Shown piece after piece: positions 33,146 to 46,141 of a DNA stretch of 64,000 bases. Each line of letters opens with the position of its first letter. The first letter of the stretch is position 1. A program made the position numbers and the translations under genes. Below the pieces are notes generated by a model, which made no database searches, had not been told where the DNA came from, and saw only the letters and a program-made list of their open reading frames with translations. The DNA lies in assembly GCA_048013815.1 (NCBI GenBank), contig CM106586.1, positions 24,118,001-24,182,000 of the forward strand, in the 5' to 3' direction. The DNA comes from Setoptus koraiensis. Lineage: Eukaryota > Animalia > Arthropoda.

Positions 33146-33965
33146 ATAAGAGTTAGCGTAGGGCCAATCTAAATGTGTGCCCCTACGCTGGCTAGCACCG
33201 GTGTCAGTGTAATTCTTTGCCATTCTCTTGCGTAATCTTTTTCAATTTGAATGTCGCCTGTCATTGGAACTGGCTGCTTATGTTTGTATGCTTATGTAAC
33301 CGATGGGTGCAGCAGATATGCCTAGTTACATTTGCACAACAGTTACAATTGCAAATGCCATTATGTCATTGTGAGCTGCTGGCCGGCTTTTCAACTATCC
33401 AACTGCTATTGCCCAGCAGCTTAGCTTACATCTTGTAGCTTGGCGCGTCGTGTGGCGCCGGCGGCCAGTTTAGTGGGCTCGTGTAACACGCACTCGATAC
33501 ACCAGCTCCGTGTTACTTAACTGCCCTGCTGAACAGCTCAAAACAGCACCGTTACAGTTGCGTAACATCTGACGCACGAGTAAAATCTTTTCTAATGAGC
33601 CGTTTGAGAATACTCTACCTCACGCACGCACACACACACGCACACACACACGCACACACATGAGGCTTGAGAGTGGGCTGAGAGTGAATGAGAGAGAGTG
33701 GCCAAAAGTGGCAAAGTCACTCTCATATCCGCCATTATCCAGCCGCGCGCTGGCATATTGTGTTCAAGTCAGAGCAATCATCTCAGCATGGACAAGAGAT
33801 CAAGTTGATTTTGTAAGATCAACTTGATTTACAGCATAACATGGCAACATTCACTCCAAACTACTGACCACTGACCGCCGACCACTGACCACTGAATACT
33901 GTCCAAATGTTTTGAGCTCAGCTGCCCCCAACCACCTCGTACCCTAATACGGTATTAGTAATACC

Positions 33966-34037
33966 CCTCTCCAAATGCCTCTCCAAATGCCTCTCCAAAT
34001 GCCTCTCCAAATGCCTCTCCAAATGCCTCTCCAAATA
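33966..34037. repeat. 12-bp minisatellite (CCTCTCCAAATG)x6
   Basis: Six consecutive units, the last ending in A. Confidence 0.92.
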
Positions 34038-35757
34038 CCTGTATGTTGAGCGTGGCGAGCAAGTAATTGAGTCTAACTCACTCACTTCATCTCAACAAAC
34101 TCAACTCGCTTTGCTGCTGGCCAGACCCCAACCATACAACACAAAACTATATAATGCTGGCCAATGTGTGGCAAGCCATTATTATGACGAGGCCCAGAAT
34201 AAAAGTCTCCTCTGAGTGCCGTTAAAACATTGATATGGCCGATATAAGCCGTGGCGCGCAAAGCCCGATGATTCGAGTCTTGTAATGCAAACAATTTCAT
34301 CTAATCGCACCAGCCAGCAACTGACAACAGTCTGGTCATCTGTTCAGCCGTGTTCGGCTCAACTGTTCAATTTGAAGTTCAATTTGAACAGTTCGGCCGA
34401 ACAAACTGAAAGCCATTCCAGCTGAACGAGCTATTTGGTTGGTTGGGCCACGCCGAGTGGCCTCAATATTTTTGAATGTTTGCGCAAATGGGCGCGTGCA
34501 AACTCGTGCAAATTCGTGCCCCATGCACGATGGCCACACCAATTGGCAGTGGCACAGTTACAAAATTAAAATTATTACATGTAAACGAATTACTGGCACT
34601 GGCCGGATTTACAGCGGACCTCTCCAAGGGCAGCCAAGCGCCAAAACAAACGCACTACGGATGCGAATTTGCAAATATCCGTGCAGCCGCGCTATGCGAT
34701 AATAGCGATAATTGGTTCGGGCGCGCTTGTTGGCAACGCGGGCAACGTGTTATGTGGGCCATTTAGCATTGGGCGAGATGTGGCCAGTGGTTGCGTGCCA
34801 CAACCACTGGCACCAACTCTGGCTACTAGTGCCGGCTAATGTTGGCTAATAGAATTGAGATTAGATTATTGAGACAGCGAGATTGTAGCTAATCGAATCG
34901 CAATTGCCAACTTACAACTTGCAAGCGACCAAGGTGAATTGTTAGTTATCGCTGGCTCACACTTGCACTCAGTGTGCAATCAATCACCCATTGGCCATTG
35001 TTTGTTTCGTGGCCTCCTTCTCTTGCTACTCCGGTGCTCAAACGGCAAGCCAACGGAAGGGGCACAAATAAAAGTTGCCAGTTGCCTGATACATTCGCAT
35101 ACGCGCATATCGCATGCGAACAATTGATTGAGAGAATTGTTGCATCGACAATGTTGCAGACAAAAAATCCATTTGACCATTTGACCATTTGACCACTTGA
35201 GCAAGCAAACAAGAGGCTGCACAATTTGCGAGCATCGTCACTGTTTGTTTTGCTACAATTGAATCAAGCAAATAGTGCGAGCACGTACTGATCATGACAC
35301 CACGCTTGTGTCTTGTCACTCGCTCAGTCGGACAGTCGGACAGTCGGCCGGTCAGCCGGTCAGCCGGTTGGACGCTCAGACGGCCGGACAGTCGGACAGT
35401 TAGACAAATGACATGTGGTTGAGTGGCACGTTGGCCATATCAATGAGTAGTGAATAGTTGCGCTCACGTTTTACTTCATCGCATCACCCTGTCAGCATTG
35501 ATAAGTGAAAGCGAATAACTAAAACGGCCCAATTTATCTAATTTGTTGCCATTGTTGCTAGATCCAAATGAACAAACAATATTATACAATATAATATATA
35601 TTTGAATTTGACGCACACGGGCACGATGTATGTTTATTTGTGTCGATTCAATTACATCAATCAACTGACGATATAACTTGATGCAGTCTCCGTCATAGTG
35701 TTACAATTCAGCATTTATCTGTTACATGAGTCACTTACTCTGTAGTATGTGACACAA

Positions 35758-38700
35758 GTTATGTAACATAAGTTAGGTAACTGTAAATACGATATGATGA
35801 TACAGATAGTGTGATGACTGCAAATATGAAAAGGTTACAAATAGACACAATTACAACAACCACTGGCCCAATCATTTGGCAATCATTGGTTGTTGTTGGC
35901 TCTCAATTGGTTTATTGTATTTCTGCAAACTATTTGTGGCAAACAAACTATTTGTGCACGTAATACATTTGTTGTTATGAGTTATTATTGTTACTACGAG
36001 TCACAGTTATAGTTACAGTGATACCAGCCAGCTAGCAGTGAGTAGTCACTGGCGAGATAGTATAGCCACCACAAATTGGGCTGCCATAGCTCACTGTTAC
36101 ATCACAAAGCACATACTGCTGTATCAATTGATCAAACATGACATTGCGCAACATGCCTGCCAGCATAACAAGACATGACAAGACAGGTGGCTATCGTAGG
36201 GGCGCAACGTGGCCACTAAAACGACGCCAACGCACAACAAACCGTTGAACGTGTCAGTGGCGTTTGGCACGTGCAAAACAAGTTGTGTGTGTGTGGCCGG
36301 CGGCGGTGGCGGCGGCCAACTTGTCACTGATAATGCAGCTTGTTTTTATTTTACTGTCTGTTTCAGCTTGTTATGTAATGTATGTATTGGTCAACACAAC
36401 ACAACACAGCACAACATTACATAACATTGCTTGTTGTTTGTTTGTGCCAACAACAAGCTACGTTTTGTGATGTTATGTAACGTTGTGTTTGTTGTAGCTG
36501 TTGTGAGTTAGTTAGTTGAGTCAGTGGGCCGCTTGCATCCCAATTGCAGTGGCCCAATCGGCGAGCTGGCCAAAGCGGCAAAAGTGAACAATAACAAGTG
36601 AATAATAAGTGACCACTTGACCACAATTCATTATGCACGCTGTTCACCATTTTGCTGTATGCTGTTTGCTGCACAGCTCACACACACACAATACAGCTCA
36701 CACAATTCATTCAGCATGTCGCAGCTTTACCGGTAACACATTACGTAACATAGGTGACAGTATCACAGTAACAAACGGCGACAATGTTTTGCAACAAGTT
36801 TGTGTGTCATTTGTTGTGTCGTCGTTGTCGTGCCGCTCATTGGTCAAAATAAGCACGCGCACAACAACAGCTGCTGCTGTGAATATCATTACTGTGCCAA
36901 TGACAACTGTCATTTCAAAGCAACTATTGTTAACTGTGTCACTGTCATTGACACATGTCATTGTCAGCTGTTGTTTACAAGTTAACTTGAGCAACTCATG
37001 TAAAACTAATTGCGTCTATCTCGCATGCCCATGGCCGCTCGCTTCAATCGTTTTATCTGGCTCAAACTGGGCTCTTCTTCTATTGATGCCATTCAATATC
37101 AAGTTGCTATTATGTAACCAACAAACAATGTAGCTACATGTGAAAGTGTGAAAGTGGCCCCTTGTGGTCAAATATTGCTTATTGGCTATCAGTTATCGGC
37201 TATCGGGCTACTAACGGGTTATGTAACGATGTGTGCTGGCCCCATTCTCACAAATTGTAAGCTCACAAATTGTTAGCTCATAAATTGTGTTTGTGTTTGG
37301 CCAGGGATGAAATCGAGCAGTTATAGCAGTTGCAATGTAATCATTGTTGCCTCTGCACCTCGTACAGGTATGTTGTGTGTCACAACTGTCTATCACAATT
37401 GTTTGTCTGAATGGATTTTTGAATGGTGACGCATAATTGTGAGCTCACAATCATAGTCTGTTGTCGATTGTAAGTGTGTAAGGTAAGTGTGTATCAGATG
37501 CAACGATAGACAATTCAAATTTATAGTTCCACTGTGATTGTGCGACAGCCACAACATAACGCCTACATCTTATCTGACTTGATTGCCAGCTGATGTGAGC
37601 GCTTTAATTTACGCTTTAATTACATAATGACATTATCCAAATAACAATTATCTCCACTTATCAAGATGGACTTTTCATGCGTGCATTTGAGTCATTTCAA
37701 TTGCCATTTGAGACAACACTGTCCATCTACTCAGCAATCAGCTGTCTGCTGTCTGTTGTCTGTTGAATTGATTATTTAATGATAATGATGATGCAATTCA
37801 CTTTAGATGCATCGCTCGTGTATCCCTCAATAAGCTCGCTGTCACTCACATCTCTGTCGCTCTCAATCGCGCCCCTTTGGTCTTGCCAAGTAACAGTGAC
37901 TAACTGAGGCGAGTAGCTCACTGGCCACTGACAATGGCCAATACAGCTTGCGCGGCACACTTAGCACGCTTAATTTAATTAAATGATTGTTGAGTTTGTG
38001 AGTTCACACAAACTCAACAATGCATAATATTATGTAACTGTTAGTGAATTCGTCGTTAATTTGGCTTGACACTGTGACAATACTCAGACAATACTATTGC
38101 ATTGGCCACTGACTGCGCACAGTGCGAATATATATAAATATATATTACATGCATATGTAATAAGCAGCTACAAACTGGCAAACTAAAGCACCAGCTCAAA
38201 TCTATTACATAATACATTAGATATTGAGCGATGCCCATTGCAAATATAACATTATTAGAGCTTGCTGTAATTAAGCTTGTTGCCTTGATGCCATGGTGTT
38301 ATTATACAGACATATTGATATGTTTACAATACAGTGGCGCACAAGTTGTTTGTTTGTTTGTTGGTTTGCTTGTTTGTTTGCTTGCTTGCTCGTTGGGTCA
38401 AATGAGCCAGCACAAATGCGGATATTATTTGAGAATATTCTCGGCATGCAAGTTTGTCAGCAGTTGCTTTGGTTTGGTTGGTGCCATTGTGACTGGATCG
38501 CTCTAATCAAGGCTGCATTGGCATTGTGTTATTTAACATTGGCATTTTATCATATAGACGGATGACCGCTCAAATAAAGTTAACACTCACTGTCCACTTG
38601 TAATGAGTAACATTCATTAGCATAATGCCATGAGACATTGTCAAGACATATGAGTCATGACAGTGTTAATATGCAAAACAGTTGTTGTGGGCGAGCAGCA

Positions 38701-39203
38701 TCTTTGCAATAATGAGTCCATTCGGATAATAGCGAAACAGTGGTGAGAGTTGGGCCCACTTTCCACTACAAACTCACCTAAGTCTCTCATCTCGTATCAC
38801 ATATACACACATTTACATGGTGAGCCTACGAGTGTATTTACTGTATGTTGTTGCTGTTGTTGTTGTTGTTGTTGCAACATGACATTTGTGTGCCAGAAAA
38901 GGGGCAATCGTTAAATTGTCAGCATTATGAATAGTAGCCACTGTTGTCGTTGTTGTTGCTGCTGCTGCTGTTGTTTGGCAGCGACGTAACGGGCCGATTG
39001 AGGCCAGTTGAACTGCCAAACAAGCGAACAGTAAAAAATAATGCAAACAAACAAACACTGAGCATCCAACAGCAAACAAATAGAAAAGTCGCTTGTGGCT
39101 GTCGGTGTAGCTGTCGGTGTTGCTGTTGGTGTGCTCAAACGGGCACAGCAACTGCCAAGAGTAAATGCAGTTCATGTGCATCAGTGGCCATCAGTTACAT
39201 AAC
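35758..39203. promoter_or_regulatory. Homotypic cluster of 11 RTTAYGTAAY (PAR-bZIP / D-box type) sites, candidate intronic enhancer
   Basis: Exact matches (either strand) start at 35758, 36370, 36416, 36472, 36740, 37109, 37218, 37619, 38029, 38204, 39194. The motif is seen in the sequence; enhancer function is inference. Confidence 0.55.
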
Positions 39204-42200
39204 GGCACAACGACAACAACAGCCACAACAACAACGACAGCGACAACAACAACGACAGCAACGACAACGACAGCCACAAGCGACAACAACAACAGTTGTT
39301 AGCCAGTTACGAGCAGCGAGGCACCTTTGCTCGCTCTTTTGTTGGCCAGCTCGTGTGCCATACGTGTCTATACGTGTCTAAACGTGCGGTCTGACAATTG
39401 CGACAGAAACAATGAGATGATGATGCTCGCTTGCTAATGCAAATGATCTTGTTGTAGCTGCTATTGCGTTACTTTTTACAATACAACAAGCAAACTTAAG
39501 TGAAGTGAAGTGCCAGTCAAGTGCCAAGCTCGCCAGGCTATTCACTGCGGGCAACGAGCGCATTAGACTCAGTGCACAGAAAAGCGCGTTACTCAGCTAT
39601 TTTTACGTGTCGTGCACACTTAGACGATTAAATTGCTTTTATTTGGGTAGCTGCTATTTGGGTATTTGGGTATTCGGGTGGCGAGCTAAGCAAATAGCAC
39701 GAGCCAGCGCATGAGAGGAGTTAGGTGAAGTTGATGCAGTGATTGTTGTGTGCATCAATTGTGACATTGTTACGCAACCGACTACAACTGTTCACGCTGG
39801 CGCACTGCGCCTCCTTTTTGGCTCGTTTGGCACAAGGTGAGCACGAGGTGAGCACGAGGCGACCAGCAGCACCAATGGCAGCATTGAACCAGCAAGCGAC
39901 TTTTTGGCTAGTGAGAGGTCACCTCGATCAATCTATGCAACCTGTGCAAGCCTTGTTACGTACGCTCTCTGTGCCGTGCCACTGAAAATAGCACTATTGA
40001 TCATTATTAGATCTACGGTCGCATAGATCTAATAATGTGCTCACTGGCTGCTTGAGCCGTCTCACTCTATGCACTTGCTGCTGTGACTTACTGTGCTCCA
40101 TCCATCATGATCATTATTACATCATCTTGCTTGCTTACAATTGTTAGATGGTTGCACGTGGTTTATAGTGCGTGTTTGTTATGCTGTTTATATGGCAGTT
40201 TAGCTTTGGATTAGCACGAGTTGCTGGTGGTCAGTGGACGAGAGACGCTGGCCCAAGAACGAGGCCAAGAGTGAAGAAAAGTTTCGCCAGACACAAACGT
40301 AACAACAATGATCGCATCAATGATTATTCAGTTCATGTAGTGTTTATATAGAGACAACATTCATCAACGCCAACATCATAATCATAATCTCATCATTTCG
40401 TATCATTGCCGCTGTACACCATTTGTTGCAACTTGCAACCACCTCTTGTGTACACACTATATCCACCGTATATGTCGCTATAGATCGGCTATTGGCCGGC
40501 TACTGATCGGGTATTGGCCGGGTATTGGCCGGGTATTGGCTGGATGTGCGGCCAAAGTACGGCCAATAGCACAGTGTCCAGCCAAGGGTAGGTGTCATCA
40601 CATAATCATCGCCAGTGGAGATGCCGTTGGCTTTAGTTGGCCGGCCAGACGGACAGTGAGACAGAGAGACAGAGTAATTGGCCCAACAAGCAGCCAAGCG
40701 TCAATTTGTTGTTGTTGGCCAATGGTCGGCCAATGATCGGCCGACAAATAAACGACTGCGACACGCTCGCACTGACCGGTTGTGTCGATCAAATGATGAG
40801 ACAAGCAATCGGTTATAATATTTGCTCATCATTCATCATTTTCACTCGATAACTTGAGTTGTCGATAACTTGAGTCTGGCCCAGTTGCCGAGTCGCCGAG
40901 TCGCCGAGCCGCCGAGTCGAGCCTTGTGGCGATTGGCGCCGGCTATTGCATCACTCAAAATATAGATTATCTCAGTGGTGAGATATTATTCGAGATGCTA
41001 TTTGAGATATGTGACGACGAGCATTGCGCAATGACGCTGGCGATAGTATCATCTTGCGATAGTTGCCACTGTTGCGATTGTTGTTGTCTGGTGTCCAGTG
41101 CACAGCCACAACCACCAACAACCGCCAACAACTTGCTGCAGCTCGCCTTCGATCTGGCTCGCGTTTATCTGGCTCGATCAATCAAACACCAACATCGACA
41201 GCCCGACGCCCACACACAAGCCAAGCATAACAACAGCCAGCCAGTGGAGCGACAAACATTGCTCATCCAATAGCCTCGCACCATGAGGCTCATAGTATGA
41301 GGCTCATAGTATCATACTATTAGTATGAGGCTATTGCATCACTATTCACTATTACCACTGTAATGAGCCAATGGCCGGACGCAGCAAAATAACGCGCGTC
41401 AATCACGCCAAGATGCGTTATCACGCCACCAGCAGCGTATTGTTTAGCATTGGCAGCTCACACAATAATAATAACACACAACATGTGGGCGCCAAGATAA
41501 ATAAATAAATAAATTTGCATAACTATTGTGAGTGGCAGTGTCACTTTGTTTGCAGTTTGTTGCAGCACAAAACTGTTACTGTCTCATCACTGCAGACCAG
41601 TCATCGCTGGCAAGATCGTTTCTTGTTTTGTCGCTTTCTTGTTTGCGTCATCTCGCTCGTCATCTTGTGCAATCGTTAGGCGTGTTATTATGTAATTACA
41701 TGCATGAGGGCGCACATATCGATATCGATCACTGTGTGATTTAGCTGTAGTTTTAACATTGATGGCGAGTCTCATTGATTGGTTGTTGGCATTGCGTCCA
41801 TTGTGATGCCGACTCGCGTACAGCCAACAGCCAATAAAGCCGCTGGCCAATGAAGTCACCAGCTGATGTATCCAACACAAAAGGACAGTTTGGCAGTTGA
41901 CGCTGACAGTTGGTCGCATTTTGTATCGGACAATTGGGCAAGTTGGTATTGTTATATAGTACCATTATTTAGCACACTTATTTGGCCACCTAGCGCTCAA
42001 GTTGAAATGAAAATCTCAACATTTCTAACTTAACATGTGGCCGTCATTGTGAAGACGGTGCAATTGAAATTGAGCACTGGACTATCGGCAACTATTAATA
42101 TTAATATCGTTGCCATTGTTATAATTGCAACAATTGTTACAATCACCAAAAGAAATATCTCTTGCCAATGCGCCAGATGCGATTTATAATATAGATTGAG

Positions 42201-44376
42201 AATAGGTGAATTGAAAACTTACAAACGACAACATTGATAATTCACAATGATAATTCACAAACAATGAAAAGAAAAAGAAGAGCGAGCTGGCAGCTTTTGA
42301 GCCAACTGGCTTACAAGTTGTTAGATTAAATTAAATTAAATCAGATTATAATTATAATCAAAATTAAATCTTGTCCACTGGCGGTGTCTAGCGGCAACAA
42401 CAACAACAACTGTTTGCTACTTGATGGTGGTCACGTAACGGGAGCCAGATCACTCACCTGTTCGTGCTACCAGCAACGTGCTGCACTCTGCACAGTGGCA
42501 CAATGACCACATGCCACTGGTGATATGATACCAGCAATATGTCTTGTCAACTATGAACCAACTTCATACCAGCTGATATGTGGATATTCTTTCATTATGT
42601 TTGGTCTTTTTGAGTTGACAGTTGTCAGCTGACTGGAGTGTCAGCTTATTCACGCTGAGCGCATAAGTGAGCGCACATGCGATGAGTGGGCCCACTTATC
42701 CGTTAACTCAACTCAAGCCAAGTGAGGCCCCTTGTTCCGGTATTGTGTCGCGTTGGCTTTGTGTGCGCGTGCTTGCGCGTGTTATAACGTGTTATGAAGA
42801 GTGTGTCATTACATAAGTCACCACTTGGTTTGGTGAGTGCACTATACTGGCCAATACCTGATACTGAAACCTGCTTGCTGGCTATGTCTGGCTATACACT
42901 CACTTATATACACTGGCTATAAGGGCGGCCAGATAAATTGTTGTAGGCAGTGCAAAGTTGTTGTTGTTGCTGTTGTTGTTGTTTGAGTGAACTTGACCAA
43001 CAAAGATCCGAAGGGGGCCAACAAACAATCGAATTGACAAAGGGGGCACAAAGAGCAAAGAATTGACATCCGACCAGCACACTTATTGACTTTTGGCTTG
43101 ACCCGTTATTAGCCATACGCCGCGCTCGGCACCAACTGACAACAAACTTGAGCCACTGTTTTATCGGCCACTGGCCAACAACTGAACGCCGGCCAACAAC
43201 CGAGGCCCGAGGCAACTCATTCACTTGTCACCCAAGTTGAAGTGAACAAATATGGCCGTGCCAGGTGTTGTCGTTGTTGTCGTTGTTGTCGTTGTTGTTG
43301 TCGTTGTTGTTGTCGTAATGTAAGCGATGCACAGAGTGATGCACACACTCACATGACATAACTTTTTCTGCTCGCATGATCCGTTGGCGCGGCTTCTTTC
43401 GGCGTTCTTCGGAGGTTCTGTCGGTTCTGTCGGTTCTGTCGGTTCTCTGGGTTTGCTTGGTTCGCTTGGCTCTTTTGGGTTTGTTGATCCGTTTGCTGCG
43501 ATATGATAGATAGCGCCAGTGGCCACGATAAAAACGAACCCAACCCAACCAAATCGGGCATCCCCAACGCACGCCCAATCGGCAACCAAGAGTAAGCCCC
43601 GTTCTGTTTGGCACACTGCACATTAAACGAGCTGGCACAGCGAGGTGTTGGGCCGGCTCGCTCATGTGCGCAAACAACAATTGAACTGCTTTTGCTGGCG
43701 TTAGTTAGTTTGGGGCCAAACTATTGTCGACATACAACACAACCAACACACAGCTAGCGACAGGGGCCAGCTAACGAACAGCCCGCGCCCGATGCTAATA
43801 CAATTTTCACTTGAATTAATCTAATTTTCGCCTCCACTGAGCCCTCTCTTTGTTTGTTTGAGCATGCTGACTCACTGACCATTGCTCACTGTTGGCTGGT
43901 CACTCGCTGGCTGTTGGCTGGTCACTCACTGGCCAGTTCTCAATGGTCAGTCGCTGGCTGGCTCTCAATGTTCGGCCAGTTAAACGGACATCACGGATAA
44001 TATCAGCGGCAGCAGATTGTTATTGGCCGTTTCATCAATTGTGTACCAAAGTGTGTCCACCAGTAACGGGACTTAGTTAGCTTAGCTGACCACCAGACGC
44101 TAACGCTTGGCTAGAGAATGTTGAGCTTATTCATTATTATTATTATTATTATTATTATAATATAAGCAACCATGTCGAGCATTCAAGCAAATCAATGCTC
44201 ACACGCACGCACACATTTTGGCGCTATTTCCATTTAATTTCCACTGATGACATTGTTCTCTGCGAGCGCCTGATCACTTATAACTTTATTTATAACTTAT
44301 ATATCCATATATATACTCAATGATCGGCTGCTGCTTGCCATCGGCGATTGACCGCTGGTCGCGGGCTGTTGGTGAG

Positions 44377-44470
44377 CGTTGCTGGCAAGTCGTTGCTGGC
44401 AAGTCGTTGCTGGCAAGTCGTTGGCGAGCAGTTGGCAAGTAGCTGGCGAGCAGTTGGCAAGTAGCCGGCA
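44377..44470. repeat. Degenerate 14-bp tandem repeat (GCTGGCAAGTCGTT)
   Basis: Three near-exact units followed by decaying copies. Confidence 0.8.
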
Positions 44471-44850
44471 AGAGGTCGCTGTTGGCCGTAATCAGATGAT
44501 TAGTGGGGCATGAGAGTGACAGGCATCAGTCTGAGCTGGCTAACTAGCTTATCATGATATTATCATCATCAACGTTGGATCTATAACAGGCCAAATAACT
44601 ACAACGGGCCGAATAACTGTAACAGGCCCAACAACTATAACAGGCAACGACAATAATAAACAAATGTAAATGGCATTGGCCGCTCAATATATTCATTTAC
44701 ATGTAGTGGACAGCGCAACAAAGCAGCGCCCAAATAAAGATAGAAATCAGATGAGATGAGATGAAATGAAATGAGAGCGCCCTTACATCACTCCTATCAA
44801 TGGCTTGTTGCGAGGCCTTATCGCTACGCCGGCCAAACAACGCCAGCGCC

Positions 44851-44942
44851 AACAACAACAGCAACAACAACAGCAACAACAACAGCAACAACAACAGCAA
44901 CAACAACAGCAACAACAACAGCAACAACAACAGCAACAACAA
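44851..44942. repeat. 12-bp tandem repeat (AACAACAACAGC), about 7.5 units
   Basis: Direct reading. Confidence 0.9.
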
Positions 44943-45627
44943 AGGGCGCCAACAAAGAATCAAGCAACAAAAGCAAATTAAGAAGTTGCCTCTCACTAGG
45001 TGGCCAGATTCTGGCTCTTTATTTATTATTATACAAGTATGACGCAAGTCTAATGAACTACCACTAACATAAATCAATGTACTTCTAGGTACAATGATGC
45101 TCGTTAGTCGTTGGCCCTTATTTCTAGTTAGTTGCTCTAGTTGCACTGGCCAGTAACTGGCAACCAAATAACTGGTTACTGGTTATGTAATATCATTGAT
45201 TGTGTGTGATCACAACTTGTGCCAGCAGCGCCGCCTATTGAAAGCAGCCACGTCTAACTTATTATACACAGAGTTAGACAGTCACAAGGTGCTAGGCAAG
45301 TGTCTATTTTGGCACTTGCTCGCAGCTATGCTTTCAATTGATGACAGGGGCTCTCATCAATTGAGAGCCATGAAAGCTGTTTAAGCGAGCAACTGGCCCC
45401 ACACAGCGGCACCACGATGACGCCTAGCTGCCATATACCACAACTATTATCGATATTAGCTCTATATCATATAGACTATATAAATCTATTACCTGACTAT
45501 ACATAAATATGCCGCAGTAAAGCTTTTGTTGTCAGCGGATTGAGCAGTGGATAAATAAATTGAATGAATAGAGGGCGCACTCTTTCTTCAAGAGGTTAGT
45601 AAATGATGATCACACTCTCGTATAGCC

Positions 45628-45694
45628 CGCATGTAGTGACTCGCATGTAGTGACTCGCATTTAGTGACTCACGTGTAGTTACTCACGTGTAGTG
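45628..45694. repeat. 14-bp tandem repeat (ACTCGCATGTAGTG-like), about 5 units
   Basis: Direct reading, units diverge progressively. Confidence 0.8.
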
Positions 45695-46071
45695 TAGGTG
45701 AATAACAGTGATTGAGTGAGCTTACTAAACTCAACTAGCTTATAGCCAGCACAAGCTATATTGGCCAGATAAGACTTGCCATCTTATTTTGGCAACTAAA
45801 TCTGCTTTTGTCAATCACCGCCAGAAGGTGGTGATATCACAATTGAGCTCTCTGTGAGTCTCATTTTGCACACTGTGAGATTGCTCTGGCGCTGGATATA
45901 TCACACATTGGATATCGCGCTACAAACAACGGCTGCCCATTGTGTCACAATGCTGCCATTCAAGCGGAACAGAGAGCGCGCCAACGCCACTAGGTGCCCT
46001 CTGTCTACCTATTGCCAGTGTTAACCAACAATTGCGAGCCTCGCTCTCTCTCTCGTAATATTGTGCCCAAT

Positions 46072-46141
46072 ATTGCCTAATACAGCCTAGTATTGCGTAA
46101 TGCAGCGTACGATTGCGTAATATAGCGCAGTATTGCGTAAT
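46072..46141. repeat. 20-bp-period array with conserved ATTGCGTAAT core
   Basis: Cores at 46092, 46112, 46132 (exact) and 46072 (ATTGCCTAAT); the spacers differ. Confidence 0.8.

Noticed and set aside
37772-37960. Minus-strand ORF with VTVTWQDQRG as a missing Dscam Ig exon
   Set aside because: It lacks the second Cys/DxGxYxC motif and I could not place consistent splice sites.
42458-42560. Strong minus-strand donor CAG|GTGAGT as an alternative Dscam leader exon
   Set aside because: The phase-1 upstream frame is neither signal-peptide-like nor Ig-like; it could only be a non-coding exon, for which I have no evidence.
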